A stretch of DNA of 64,000 nucleotides, taken from positions 5,828,001-5,892,000 of the forward strand of contig CM102287.1 of the NCBI GenBank assembly GCA_046563655.1. Reading direction: 5' to 3'. The stretch is from Yuukianura sp. NJ FZ-2021 (Eukaryota). Position 1 is the stretch's first letter; each line of letters opens with the position of its first letter. A model generated the notes under the pieces. That model worked only from the letters and a program-made list of their open reading frames with translations, was not told the DNA's origin and made no database searches. The position numbers and the translations under genes were made by a program. This document shows positions 23,763 to 37,100 of the stretch, piece by piece.

Positions 23763-25185
23763 GTCTACCGTTAAAATAACAGTTGAAAATTTAGGTTGAT
23801 AACAATGGCGCATTTGATATTATTGAGTCTAATGCAATTTTGAGTTCCCTGGCTTTCTCTCATCATCATTTTTCAGTAACAATGTTATTTTATAAATAGG
23901 AGTTTAAATTGTTATACAATTTTTTTTGTTTTTGTTTTCTCTTTTCTTGTCTTAGCCAAAGTTTTACAAGTTGTTACAAGTTCTTTTTTTTTAGAGCGAA
24001 ATGTAAATATAAAGACCATAATTAATTAACGGCAGGAAGAATTCAAGTTTTACGCTTGACAATTGTTCTCATCATCAGTTTTTGACGAAGCAGCATTTTT
24101 AACACAGCAGTTAGTTAATTAATAGCAGGAGTTAAAAAGTAGAAGAGGAAAGGATGAGGAAATTAAAGACTCAACGAAGAGTAGGTTTTAGAACAAGGTT
24201 TTTAAAAACTCGCGTGTTGTCTTCATTTGCATAATAATAATAATAATATAAAATTGAGGTGAGATTTTTTTTCGTTGTTGCGAATTTAATAAACCCCGAA
24301 CCGGGTTAAAGAACGTCAACAAATTTTTACAGCAGCAGCGTGTGTTCAAATACGTTTTTTCGCGTTTTTTGGAGGGCAGAAGAAAGGACGAGGATTAAGG
24401 AGGGCAGCAGTAGCAAATGTTTTTAAACTCAAAAAAGAAAATCTAAGAGGAAAGATTTCTAAAATTTGAAAACCAAAAGTCTAAAGTTTCTAGAAATGTA
24501 AAATTCTAGAAATATTTTGGAAAATGAGGAAGAAGAGGAAGGTTAGACCTGGAAATCATAACAATTCAAGGCACAAAGCGCAGTTATTAGTCAGCTAAAC
24601 TCACAGCCGAAGTAGCCAAATATTAGAAAAACTGGGATATTCTTTTCACTCTCTACAGTCTCGCATGTTTTTAGGCGGGGCTTTTTGAAACTCCATTTTT
24701 GCTCTAAAATTTAACAAGGGAGAATGGGTAAGTTGAACAATTTTCAAGTGGTAGAAGATGAGCAGCGATTTTAGGAGGGCAGCGTGATTTTTGTCAAAAT
24801 TGTTAGAGGGACGCGTTAAGGTTAGGTTAAACTAACCAAGATAAAAAAAATCAAGGTCTGATGCTTCCAGCGTTGTTACTAAAAGTTAGGTATTTTGGTG
24901 GGCATTTGTGTTTTTTTGATAATAAAGTTTTAAGTCTTCACAAAATCTTGTCTTCTTTTCTTTTTTCTTGGATTAATCATAGTTTTTAAGTAAGGATTGA
25001 GACAACATTATTTTTAGAAGAGATGGGCCATTTTGCTGTTGGTGAAAATTGCAGTTTGTCCTTGTTGGTTGAATTTCTTGAGTGTGAAGATGTTGTTAAG
25101 TGTGGTTGGAGTGAGGAAAAAGGTGAAAGTTGACTCTTAATTCCTTTGAAGTTTTTGGTTGAATTGGTCATCTGAGGTCAAACTT

Positions 25186-28100
25186 TTACTTGGGTCTCCA
25201 GGAGAGATCGCCCATTCCGTGGAAGCTTTTCTTCATGGAGGAATTGTCCGCCCACTTGGAGTTTAAGCACTCATCATCATCTTCCGCCTCCGCCAGTCTC
25301 TGTTCAAAATAGAAAAAATACAATTTTAGAATTTTGAAACAATTCAACTTGCAGTTTGGAAGCGTTTGAATGACAAGCCAAGCTCCAAGCCAGTAGTTAG
25401 CGGTCAGCTCACACACAAAACAGCAAAGCGACAAGCACATTTTCATTCTCAAATACGCTAAAATTACAATAGTATCCTAGGATAGCAGGTAGGATAACTT
25501 AGGATAATAAGTTAACTATCCTAGGATAAGCGAACCACTTCTATGAATAAAACATAAATAAATCACTCTGTACTTCAACATCGTACGGTCATATTTCTCT
25601 TCTCAAACATCACTCTTCTCATGAAGCATTGCGGCTTCAGTGCAGCGCTGCAAATTTCAGCGTAACAAATACCTAGTATTTACAAATTCAAAAACATTCT
25701 AGCGTTCGGAAAAAGTACGATTGTATAAAAAGTTCAAAAGAGGAGATAAGTTTTGAAAAGTTAGTTTAGTAATTACAGTAGCAGATACTCCATTTTCAGG
25801 CCTTTAGCACGAGAAACTTATAAACTTAGGAAAGCATCGAAGCGTTTCGTTAGTTCAGAGTTTGTTTTTGTTTTGCTTTTTCTTTTAAAAATAGGTGGTT
25901 CAAGCGATTCCGTTTTAGATACACCAAAAATAAATCCAAAAGTTTCATGTTTCACAACATGCAAGCAGCATCTCACACCAGACAAAAGGGGTCAAATCTT
26001 AACCTTTGAACTTCCTATATGAAATGCTTGTCCAATTCAAGAACCCATATTGCCCCACCCTGGGTTTCAAATTAAGCGGTGGTGGTGATCGTTTAACACG
26101 AAAACAGCGGTGGTGATCCCTTAAACATTTAAACCACAGCGCAATAGACGGTATATAAGTGGTGGTGACATAATTTGTGAAGTGGTGGAGCAGCGGCGGC
26201 AGTGAGAAACGCAACGGGACACAAAACCTACCATGATTATTAGCCACATTGGAGGAGGTCTCACTGTCCTCCTCTCTTACTTGCGCAATAGGCCTAAACA
26301 TAACCAAAAAATCAAATTAACCCAACCCGCAGGTCATTTCCGTAGGTCAATTTGAAAAATAACTCAAAATTTTGCGGTGTTAAAACATAAAGTGTCGTAG
26401 GTTAGTTACTTTCTTTGTGGAATTTCAATTGTTGGGAAGGAACTAATCCTCGCAGGTAAATCGGTTTCAATTGGTTCCAGAAATCTCTCCCCTGTCAAAT
26501 CACAGGGGTGGGACAGGGACGTCTCTTCATTTACACAACGCACATCCACCACCAGGCTTCTAGTTTTTACAAAAACAAAAACAAGTCAGTTACGTTTTGG
26601 AAGGAATACCACAAAGCACCACTAAAACTCAGAAAACTCAGAAATCTAAAAAAAAACATTAGAAATGAGAGCACATTGACAAAAAATTCTAAATATCCCG
26701 CATCCGGTCATGACCCCCTACCTAGCAAGACAAAACACTTTTTAGCACAAAGGCAGGAGGAGAAGATGCAGAAAGCTTAACTTGGAAACATGTTTGTTAG
26801 GTTAATGCCTTGCCAAGGTTAGGTTAATGTTAGGATATCGCTGGTTAGGATAACGTAGGACTGCTAGAAGCTAGTGAAGGGCGTGGTGATTACCAGTGCG
26901 AGGGAGTGACTTGGTTTTGGTCCCAGGACTTCCCTCAGCCGCGACTCTATCGAGTCAAAGCGAAAAGGAAGAAGGCTCTGCTGGAGGCGAACGTTTTTTT
27001 TTAAGTTTTGCTCCGTTTGAACAAGAAGTGGGTTTTCAGTTTTCACATTATTGAGTCACAAGCGCCTGAATCTCTAGTAAATCATCCTTCACTTAAATTT
27101 TCTTGGGCCCCTAAAAATCCGTCTCATCGAAGCCCCCGAGCAGAGTTGGCTCCCCCCTAAAAATAGACATGAAAACACTCTCATCTTCACACAAAATACA
27201 AAAGAGAAAGCAGAGTGTAGGGGTTTATGGGGATTTCAACCACTTTTCCCTCAACGATCAACTTATTCAACAAAGGCTTTCTCAGAAATGATTCTCAAAA
27301 AATAACAAAATGCACGTCATGGCTTAAGTAAACAAGAAACTTCAAAAAGACCACAAAAAGGTTTCGTAAAATGTTTCAAATTGCTGGTTTTTCAAAACTG
27401 TACTAAATTTCTCAAAGAAAGTAAGATTTTGTAATAAAAGCTTCGCTTCAGTTCATTCTCTCTCGTTAGCTAAAGTTGTGACATATCCAAACGGTATGAA
27501 ATTTCACACCGCGAAAAGTAACATAAAACGGGAAACCAAAATCGTATCAAATCCGCAACCAAAATCCCCCCACAACGCAATCGAGTTTCTTTTCTCTTTC
27601 AGCGAGAAAGTTCAGTTTCTTTGAAAGAAAATGAAACATGACACTCCACGTTTCTTTGATCCTAATTAATCTAAATCTCCGGAAATACGAAAATCTCCTT
27701 TGACAGGAATCCGGGAGAACTCAAAACCAAAGTTTCCGATATCCAAACAAATATCAAAAGATTAGTGTTTACTCAAGAGAGAAAGTAACACCACGGGAAG
27801 CCACAACCACTACTAAAAGTTGTGGAAAAATCCGACAAACGAAAACGAAAATGGAACACACTGGGAACAAATGGAGTGAAAGTGAACCGAGCTCTTGAAA
27901 ATTCTGAGAACACTTTCTTTTAAAGTGTGTTTGGATTTTAACTTTTTCTGAAACAGTTTAATTAAGAATAGTTAATTACTCGTGTTCATTTCTCAAGAAA
28001 TAATGAAAATTCATGTAATTACATGTAATTCATGTAAATACATAATGTAATTGAGTTGTTGTTGAGTTACCCTTTATTCTTGACAGGAGGGTTATTAGTT

Positions 28101-31100
28101 GGTCCATTCCGCTCGCGCTCGGGGGCTGTGCTGTTCCTGATCCGATTGTCTTCTGCTGAGTTTCTGCTGATGATAGGCGTAAGATCGTTCATCTCTAGAT
28201 TATTCGGTGGATGGGGCCTGGAATTGGGGAGTAGTTTTTCCGTAAGGGCGTTGAGCGTCCGAGAGGAGGACTTCCGCAGTGCTCTGGCTTTTTCATCCAG
28301 CGTTGAGAGCGAAGTCTGCGGTGGTTCTGGAGACGGACTCGGTCCGTTGTTATTTGTCGTCGACGGAACGGGGACTTGGCGGGAGCTACTGGCAGTTGAG
28401 CTTGTATTGTAAATCTTGAAGTAAGCAAATACGAGATAGATGACAGAGACGATGAAACATGGAATTGGGATGGCCAAGGACAAGGCGAGTTCCAGAATCA
28501 CGTTGTTCATGTTAAAGGAAGTCACGACCAGCTTTGGTTTGACTTTGGAGTAATAACAATCAAACGTCTTGCCCTGCTGAGAATATTTCGCGACAAAGAT
28601 GGAGCAGTTCAGTGACGGCGGATATCCGCAACCTTTAACATTGGGATAGAGGTGGGCATCCGGAAACCAACCTTCACTGTGTACGCCTGGTGACACTGTT
28701 GAGCTAGTTCCGCGTACAGCCTCTGCACTGCTTTTGTGACGACTCTTTTTATGTCCATTAAAAGGCTCACTCACTCCACCATGATTGTAGTTGTAGTAGG
28801 TGGGATTGCTGTTTGGAGAAGTGTGATGCTTCGGCTTGAGGCTGAGTTGTGTCGGAAGTGGAGGCGGAGGTGAGTCAGACGGCGTGGCGATTTTGTAGCT
28901 AACAAATATCTGAGTGCAGTTGTAGATATCCTTGGTGCACCCTACAACAGTACAAGTCACAATTAGGATCAAATCACCTCCTTAGTATTAAAAGTTACTA
29001 TTAGATGCATTACCCTCTCTGCAGGAAGTCCAACTTTTCGTGCACACAGGCCCAGTGAGGTACTCAACGCGGTCTGTCCGGCAAAGCGCCGGTTCTGGGT
29101 CAAACTCATTAAAGATGGTAGTGAAGGCCGGGTCAATAACAAAAGGCACGAGGAAGAGGAATGAGAAGAGGCTGAAGACGGCGAGGAGGATGAAGAAGGC
29201 CGTCGTGTAGAAGAGACACTTTTCACGCAGTGTCGGCGGGATGATCGGTGGTGGATCCGGTGGCTTAGGCTCCTCCTCCAACGTCTCTTCAACTCCGCCC
29301 AGCGCTCCACCGTCACCCTTATCACCCGACGGGGAGTCACCAAAGGCGGCACTGCCGTAGTTACACTCAACCTCTTCCAGCTCAATCGTCTCATTGTCCA
29401 CCCCCGCAAACTGAAGCTCCAGCTCAAGTTTTGACCCGCCTGAGTCGGAAGAGCTCGGCGTCTCCGCCTCCTCAATCTCGGCATGGTGCGAGGAGCTGAG
29501 TGCCGACGACGGTGGTGGGATTTTAGGAAGACCGAACGCCCCACTGCTTCCGCTACTTGCGGTCAGCAGCCCAGGGCCACTTGCGTCGTAATTGTTGGTC
29601 CGTGGAGTTTCTTTGCCTGACGGAGTTGCGGTGAGGAGTAGAGCTGTTGATCCCAGTCTCTCCTCCTCCTCACCCGGCATTATTCGCTCAGAGCGACGTC
29701 TGGGGGAGCATTCCTTGGCGGGGGTCTCCGCAAGACTCTCGCCCCACCCCCAAAGGACCCCCTGCACCTAGTCCAAGTCCCATCACACGACCCCACCACC
29801 TAAGCCACTTCACATTGCGAGCCACTAGAGGGGTTCAAAGGTCACACTTTCACTGAGCCACACAAGGCCTTGGAGTCGGGGGTGGCCGGGATTCCATGGG
29901 AATAACAAACACTTTCACTCCACCATTCGCACAGTTCTGGAACCTTGTGGGGCACAGGGGAGTTGGAATTGGATAAAGGAGAACCGCACCCACTGCTGTA
30001 ACCCACTCGTTGTCTCTGCTTCCTGCGAAAAGGGCTCCTCTGTCCCTTAAACTACCCCATGACTAGCCCTTGAACACTCAAAAGTGGAACCACGACATGA
30101 CCTGGTCGGGACAAAGGGCACGGAAACTTCGCCATTTTGGGATTGCAGTGAGTGAGTGAAGGTAGAAACTCAGAGTGCGGTGGTATGGAGCAGGATGCAC
30201 CACTTCTTCGATTCAAGCATGTATGGCCTAGCACTACTTTCACTACTATAACTCCACTAGCACTAGTCTATAACCTCTCCTTTCTCCATAGGCTTTTAGC
30301 CTTAGACTTTCTCCACGCTACACTTTTAGTCGGTCTGCTTTCACTACGGAAAAGGCTCCGTTCGGGTTCCCTCTCCGGCCTAGGTTAGGTTAGTACTACT
30401 ACTATGACGAAAACTAAACTTTCCTTGGACTTTCTCTGCCTCTTAGACCCATCTCCATCCACTTTAGTCAACTACGGCAGTAAGCACCAGGCTTTCCAAG
30501 GCTTCTCATAGCCCGTGGACAAACCCAGTACCCATTGATCCGACTGTGACTCACGACAACCCCCGACCGTCTTTTCCGACGTTCGGTCCAGCACAATTCC
30601 ACCGCCCACCCTCCGCCGCTGATCCACATTCCTCCAATTTCTCCAACACAAGCCTTCAAGGCCTCTCTGCCAAAAGTTAGGTTTGGCGCTTGAAGGAATC
30701 GCTGGATTCTGCTGAATCCAAAGGCACAAAACCTCTAGGCCCAAAAGCCACTTTCTTCTCCAAAAGCAAGCACCTAACCGAACTTTTAAAAAGTCCGAAT
30801 TCCTATATTGCCATTTCCCACTCCTCCTGAATGGGGCTCTTAATTTATTCACCTCTCTCTCTCACTTCCTCCCAGACACACACACCCACAATTACACGCA
30901 ACACTCCAGTCTGCATTGCGGAAGAGAGCCTAAGACTTTCACTCTGACTGACCTCAATGTCCTTCTTTCTCCAACCTAATCTAAACTTAACGCTTTTGAT
31001 TTCTAACTTAACCAAAAGAGAAACTTGACCCCCGCGTTCAATCATAATCGCGTATCAAACAATCACTTAATTCCTCCCCTCTACTCCAATCACATTTTAC

Positions 31101-34100
31101 CTCTTCATCAAATAGTCAAGCGGCTCTACATTATTAACTTTCTCTCACACGGAACAATAAATGATTTCATCCTTTTCAATTTTACTAAAAGCCAAAAATA
31201 AACACTCCAAAATCCAGCGGTGCTTTCGAATCCTCCATGTCAAACACCTAACCCTGAAAACTTGACGTTTTCATCAGTAAACAGATCTCAATCGCCTTAA
31301 CGTCAATCAGCACCTAACAACTTAATACCGGGCATCTCCTATCACCATTCAGATTGCACCGAACCGAAAACCATAATCCGAGCTAACTAAAACCCTAATC
31401 CAACCTAAGCTATAGTTTCTGAGTTTGATGAATTGCAAAACCCACAAAAACCAAACATAACTGACAAAAACACAACCAGTTTTTTAAAACAACGCAATTT
31501 CTAAAAGGACAAAAAAATTGGAGTAAACTCAATTGAATTTCCAATTTCACTTTGGATTCAAAAAGTTCAACGCCCAAACATATCCAGTTTCGAAAGAAAA
31601 ACTGGCAGTAAACCCAATTTGAATTTGATTTTGAATTTTAAAAGCCCAAAAACTTAAATTTCAAGCACAACTCGTGGGGTTGCTAGGAACATATTGAAAA
31701 ATTAAGAACTTTAGGATAAAATTTGCAATAGGGAGATCGGGAATATCTGATTCTGACTCTGACTCTGATTCTGACACAGTATTTTCTCACAGTACATGAT
31801 TCTGAGCAGTAGAGTTCGGGATTTGACTTTACTTTGATTCTGAGATTTTGAGATCATCTGGAATTGTGGCGGGAAACCTATCCTGTGGAATTTGAAATTG
31901 AGGTGAAAATTTAGCAAGGGCAAAGGGCCCCTCAGATTGATCAAAACCATAAATTTTAGGCGCTTGGGCATTAATTGTCATTATAATATTTAACTATGTC
32001 AGTTTCTACGCGAGAATTACTGGAATTAGCTTTACTCACAAAAAAGGACATATTTTTTCTCCTTGCGATTGAACAATTAGAAGCGAAAAGATAACACAGC
32101 TCCAAAATTCAATTTTGACACATACGAGGCGCCATATTTTATGAAAAAACACAAATGAGTTATAGGTAAGTAAATAGATTTCATGAGAAAAAAACGGATG
32201 GATTATATACCATTTTGGTATATATTGCAAATATACCACAAATGGTATATTTCTAAATATAACATAAATGGTATATTATTAAAGATTTTATGGAGAAAAA
32301 AACGAATGAATTGAACGCAAACAAATATGACGATTTGCTCAAAAACAGGTGATTTGTTCAGGGGCGCCCCTGCGGCTGAAAGCGTGGCTTCCGTTCCAGG
32401 CGCTTTTGCATCTCGTCAGCACTGGGGGGATGGTTCAAGTCCTGAATCCTTTTGGCAAGTCTGTGGAGAGCAGGATTGCTTGGACGGGTACAATCGGCAC
32501 GGTGGTGGTTATGCCGTCCGTAGTTCCAGCATCCGTCGTCAAAAAAGTAGAAAGAAAACGCCAATTGTACTTCGTCACGATCCAGTGATACATGGAGTTT
32601 GTCTTCAAAAACTTGACGCGGGGCGCCCCGCATCTTCATCACGGGATTGTAGTAACCAGCCCCTTCGTACATTTCGAATGTTGTTTTTCCCGGTATCTAA
32701 AAAAAAGTCATATTGAAACAGACAAGATTAGGCTTACGATTAAAAATATTTCTTAAGTTCATCAAAATGATTTAAATTTTTAAGTTAAATACATATACCC
32801 ATCACGTGACACTGCATTCCGCAATTGCGAGTAGTGTGAGAGTTAGATTCACAGAGATAGCAAGTGGCATCATTGAATTTCCGAAGCATGTGGAGCCTGC
32901 TTCCCCCGGCACCGGGTTCATCTGCTGTTCTCAGCAACTTCTGATTTTCGGTAAGTTGTTCGTCCAACTGTAATTGGAGTTCCTCCACCTTTTGTTTCAG
33001 ATCATCCGTTTCCTTCTGTCGCATCAGCTCGTCATCTGTGTCCTGGAATGCTGGATAGATTTGGAAAACCTGAGTAGGATTCACAGGATCTCTGCATGAT
33101 GGACACCTGAAATGAGCAACGACACAACCGGAGATTAGAAAATTGTTTAAATGAAAATAAATACTAAAGTGTAAAACTAATTAAAATTATCAATGTATAA
33201 GTAAAAACATATTGGGAAACTTACGGAAATGCGCCTGGTGGGGCAATTTGCTGCCAATTGCTCAAGCACTGCTCGTGGTACATATGACCGCACTGCGTAG
33301 TCACGTGGGCGCCCACGAATCCGCTAATTCCCGGAGATGAGGCCAGATTTTCCAAGCAGATGTTGCAAATTGTAATTTTCGAATCCATTTCGGGTTATAA
33401 CCAATTTTTAAAGTTAAATTGATGTTTAAATTGATGCTAAATTGTAAGAACACAGCAACAAATGACAAAACTATTCAATCCAGAGAGGGTGTTTATATGA
33501 TTCTATTTTTTAACTTTTAAACTTAAAGTTTTCCCTCCACCCAAAAGTCTCACATTTCCCAAGTTGAGACTCAATTCTCAGCGTAGAATCAGAAATAGAG
33601 AAGGGAATGAAAATTTGATCCATTTACTCTCACTTCTGATTCTGAGCTGAGCTCAGAGTCAGAGTCAGAGTATTTTGTCTCAGAATCAGGTATTCCCGAT
33701 CTCCCTAATGTTAATCCGAAGTAAACCCAAACTCAAAAGTGGTGAAATAGCCGCATATTTTGACTAGCTCCTTGCAGCATCATGTCCGTAAGTTTTGTTT
33801 AATCTTTCCAAAATTTAGTATTGACTTAACCTCCATTAACTTTCAATTATCCCATCTGGAGGGAAAGTTTGGAATCATAAAAAAGACATAAATAAAACGC
33901 CATGAAATTGGCAAGAAGCGAGAGAGGCATAATGGCACAGGAACTTCGCGGCTGGAACAAGACAACGCGCATTTTTCCTTGTATCCCATTCCAAACTTTT
34001 TTCTTTCCGTTTAGGAGAAAGTAGTCGCCCTTTGTGAAGAATGTTAGAATCGAGGTCGTTCTGGTGGGTCGAGGCAGCTAGTACTAGCAGTGTAGTGCTG

Positions 34101-37100
34101 GTGGGAGTGGTTGGGATTATCCATGACACAAAACTTTGTAACTACCTACTTGAGAAGGTGTTTCAGAAGTAGAGGATCATAGAACTACAGCAGTAGTACA
34201 CAAGAGTCTAAACGTAACTTTGTATGAGGTTCCACTTTCACCGCTTTCACTTTCTCTAAACCCAAAAACAGTGCCAACTTGAAGGCTCCAACTCCATCTG
34301 CCAACTTTCCCAGGAAAATCGTAGTTTAGAACATAGGGGATCCAGAAACCAGGGGAACCTAGTCAGTAGGAGACTTTCCCTTTCACTGGGGCAGTCGATC
34401 AATTCACTGTCTTGCCTTAGTCTCCAAGTCCCTCTGACCCCAGTGAAGTGACCCCGAAGTGCCCCCGGGCGGTTCAAACAGAGGTCACGACCTGCTTTAT
34501 GCACAGTACGACTGACTAACACGGACTCGCTTTCGGTTTCGTCCACGGCTCAACCAGGTAAGCTTCCCAGTTAACCTTATTCTAAAACTTACTATCCTAC
34601 TTACACTATTTTTCAAAAACATTTCACTCTCAAAACAAAACCAAAATATTTTTGACGTAACATGACATTTGGTAGCATGTAGAAGTAGATCATCGTTTTT
34701 AAATAAAAGTAGTCAGCGACATCCACAATTTTTGTTTTTTTGAAACCATTTCCAAAAATACAAAGAGACAAAGAGTAGGATAGCACAAAAATTTCGCAAT
34801 TCACTCGGCGAGTCATCCGAATTAACCCGAACTCAAAGAGAAAGTGGTTCGACTCAAGAATTTCTCCGGAACTTTCCCATTGATCTCACTTCCCTCGGCA
34901 GAAATCATACCAAAAAACAAACTCCGGCGACGTCCGCATTTGGCAAGCCCTATCCGCATCATCACTATCATCCTTCATAGTACTACTAAATAGTTTACCT
35001 AAAGTTCCAATTCCAAAAGAACCATTAAACGCCATTACACAGAGATACAATCAGTCATTATGTTCCTCCAATCCAACTTTTTTTTGTAACTCTCGTATTG
35101 AAACCTAACATAAAACGAACGTCTAAAAAGTTTGCAACGTAGTGAATTTTGTTAAGGTGAAGGGAGTGTTGGGGTTTTTCAGCGCAGCATAACTTTCTCT
35201 TCTCTGCTGAAAACTAGTGAAAGTGGGCTTTGCTTCTGCGTCTCTCCAAGTGACCTCCATTCCAAGAACTAAAAATCGATTCCTTTGCAGAAAGTGACAA
35301 GACTGCAAAAATAGCACATACTCTCAACACTCCCATCCCCATCGCAGTACTTCTACAAACTCAAATTGAAATTTTTCCAAAGTATAACAGGTCATGTGAC
35401 CACTTCAGTGAAAACGTACAGTTGGGAACTCCAAGAAACAAAGTTAACACAAAATTAGGCCAACTTTTCACAGAATTTACCTTGAAATTTCACCATGAAC
35501 ACGCCTTTTGAGAAAAGAATTTGCTTCACAGTATGTATCTGTCAGATGACAGCAGTACTAAGCTGCGTCTCAATCGTCTACCTCACCGTAGCTATATACA
35601 AACCGGCCTACTTAACTCTCACTTCCGGATTTCTAGAAGAGCCAGTCATGTGCACTACCATTGCCATGGAGACGGACAAAGACTGTGACACCCCCCGTGG
35701 TCCTGGAGATCCAATCAAATGGAAAGGCTGGAACTCATGTTCCGAATGGTGCTTGTCCAAGTCCATTAGCACTTGCCCTAGAATCATGGTTGACGTAAGG
35801 TACAACGGCACGGGAATTCGACTCGAAGGATGCGAAGCAATTGACAAGAAGGTTTGTTCTGGAATTGACCATGAAAAGCCACCACTCCAATGTGTCGGCG
35901 GAGGATGCAGCGGGATTCATGGACTCTTCAATTGTACAACTCCGGTTAGAACGCCTGGTACATCGTCAGATCAAAGTTTCGGCGCCAAATGTATCGACCT
36001 AACGACCATTCTGGAGTGCAATATAACCGATGCCGCGGAACCGGTTAGCTGTGCAACGAAAACTGGCTGCCTCAACCTTAATGGAACCTACACATGTAAC
36101 ATCGGGCAATGTTCTAAACTCATAACACCTTATCATTGTCAACATAAGTGCGATGGAATCCAAACTGGCAACAAAACGGTAATTATTCGAGAAGGAGACA
36201 AGATATTCTCAGCCCAATGTCAGCGCATAGTCAACCGGAGCAGTGAAGAAGAAATGTGGCCATTGAATCACAAAACGATGGATCCACAACTACATGTCGA
36301 AGTACCACCAACCCTACTCATATTCTGCACCAACCTGTTCGTGTCACCAAAGGACAATACAAGCTACATAGGGTACGACTGCTTCAACGGTACCTTACTC
36401 GAACCTAACCATTTTGGCAACAGTACAGAAATTGTCAAACTGACGCAAACGCATATTGATTTGGTTGATCTCGGAACGAGTCGAGACGGGATAGGTTTGG
36501 TTGGTCCAACAGAAGAAGGTTTGCTGATCTGGAACAATACTCGGCTGTTCATCAACTACGAAAGCTGTGTCAACACGCTCATCCTCAACGAATGTGACAA
36601 GTTTTACGCTGAATATGGAAAAGATGGATCCGATTACGGAAGTCGAGCAAGGTATCAATGCTTCTACTCTCCAGATGACAATGACTTTGCATCTCTCCGA
36701 TTCAGTAGAATGAGAACCATGATGGAACTGCTGTTGGCAACGACTATTCCAATTGGCTTAGCCATTGTATCCTGTTTCACACTTGTCATCTGCTCCAGAA
36801 TTATACACGTTGGCGACGACTCACACTTTTACTTCCAGTGTTGCGGAGATGACACCAAGAAAATCCTGGAGAAAGATCACGTCGAAGCCATGGCACTTTG
36901 AACCCACTTTCACCAAATCCTATTTAGCAAATATTTTCTACATCTTCAGTATCAATTACTTGGATTTTAAAACATTTTAGGCCCCTTTTGCTATCTCCAG
37001 ATAGACAATGACCCTGAAACTGAAACACCCATACTAGTTATAAATTTCTAAATTCAAAATTCACCCGCCATTTTTAAATTTTCAATTCATAGTCACACTA

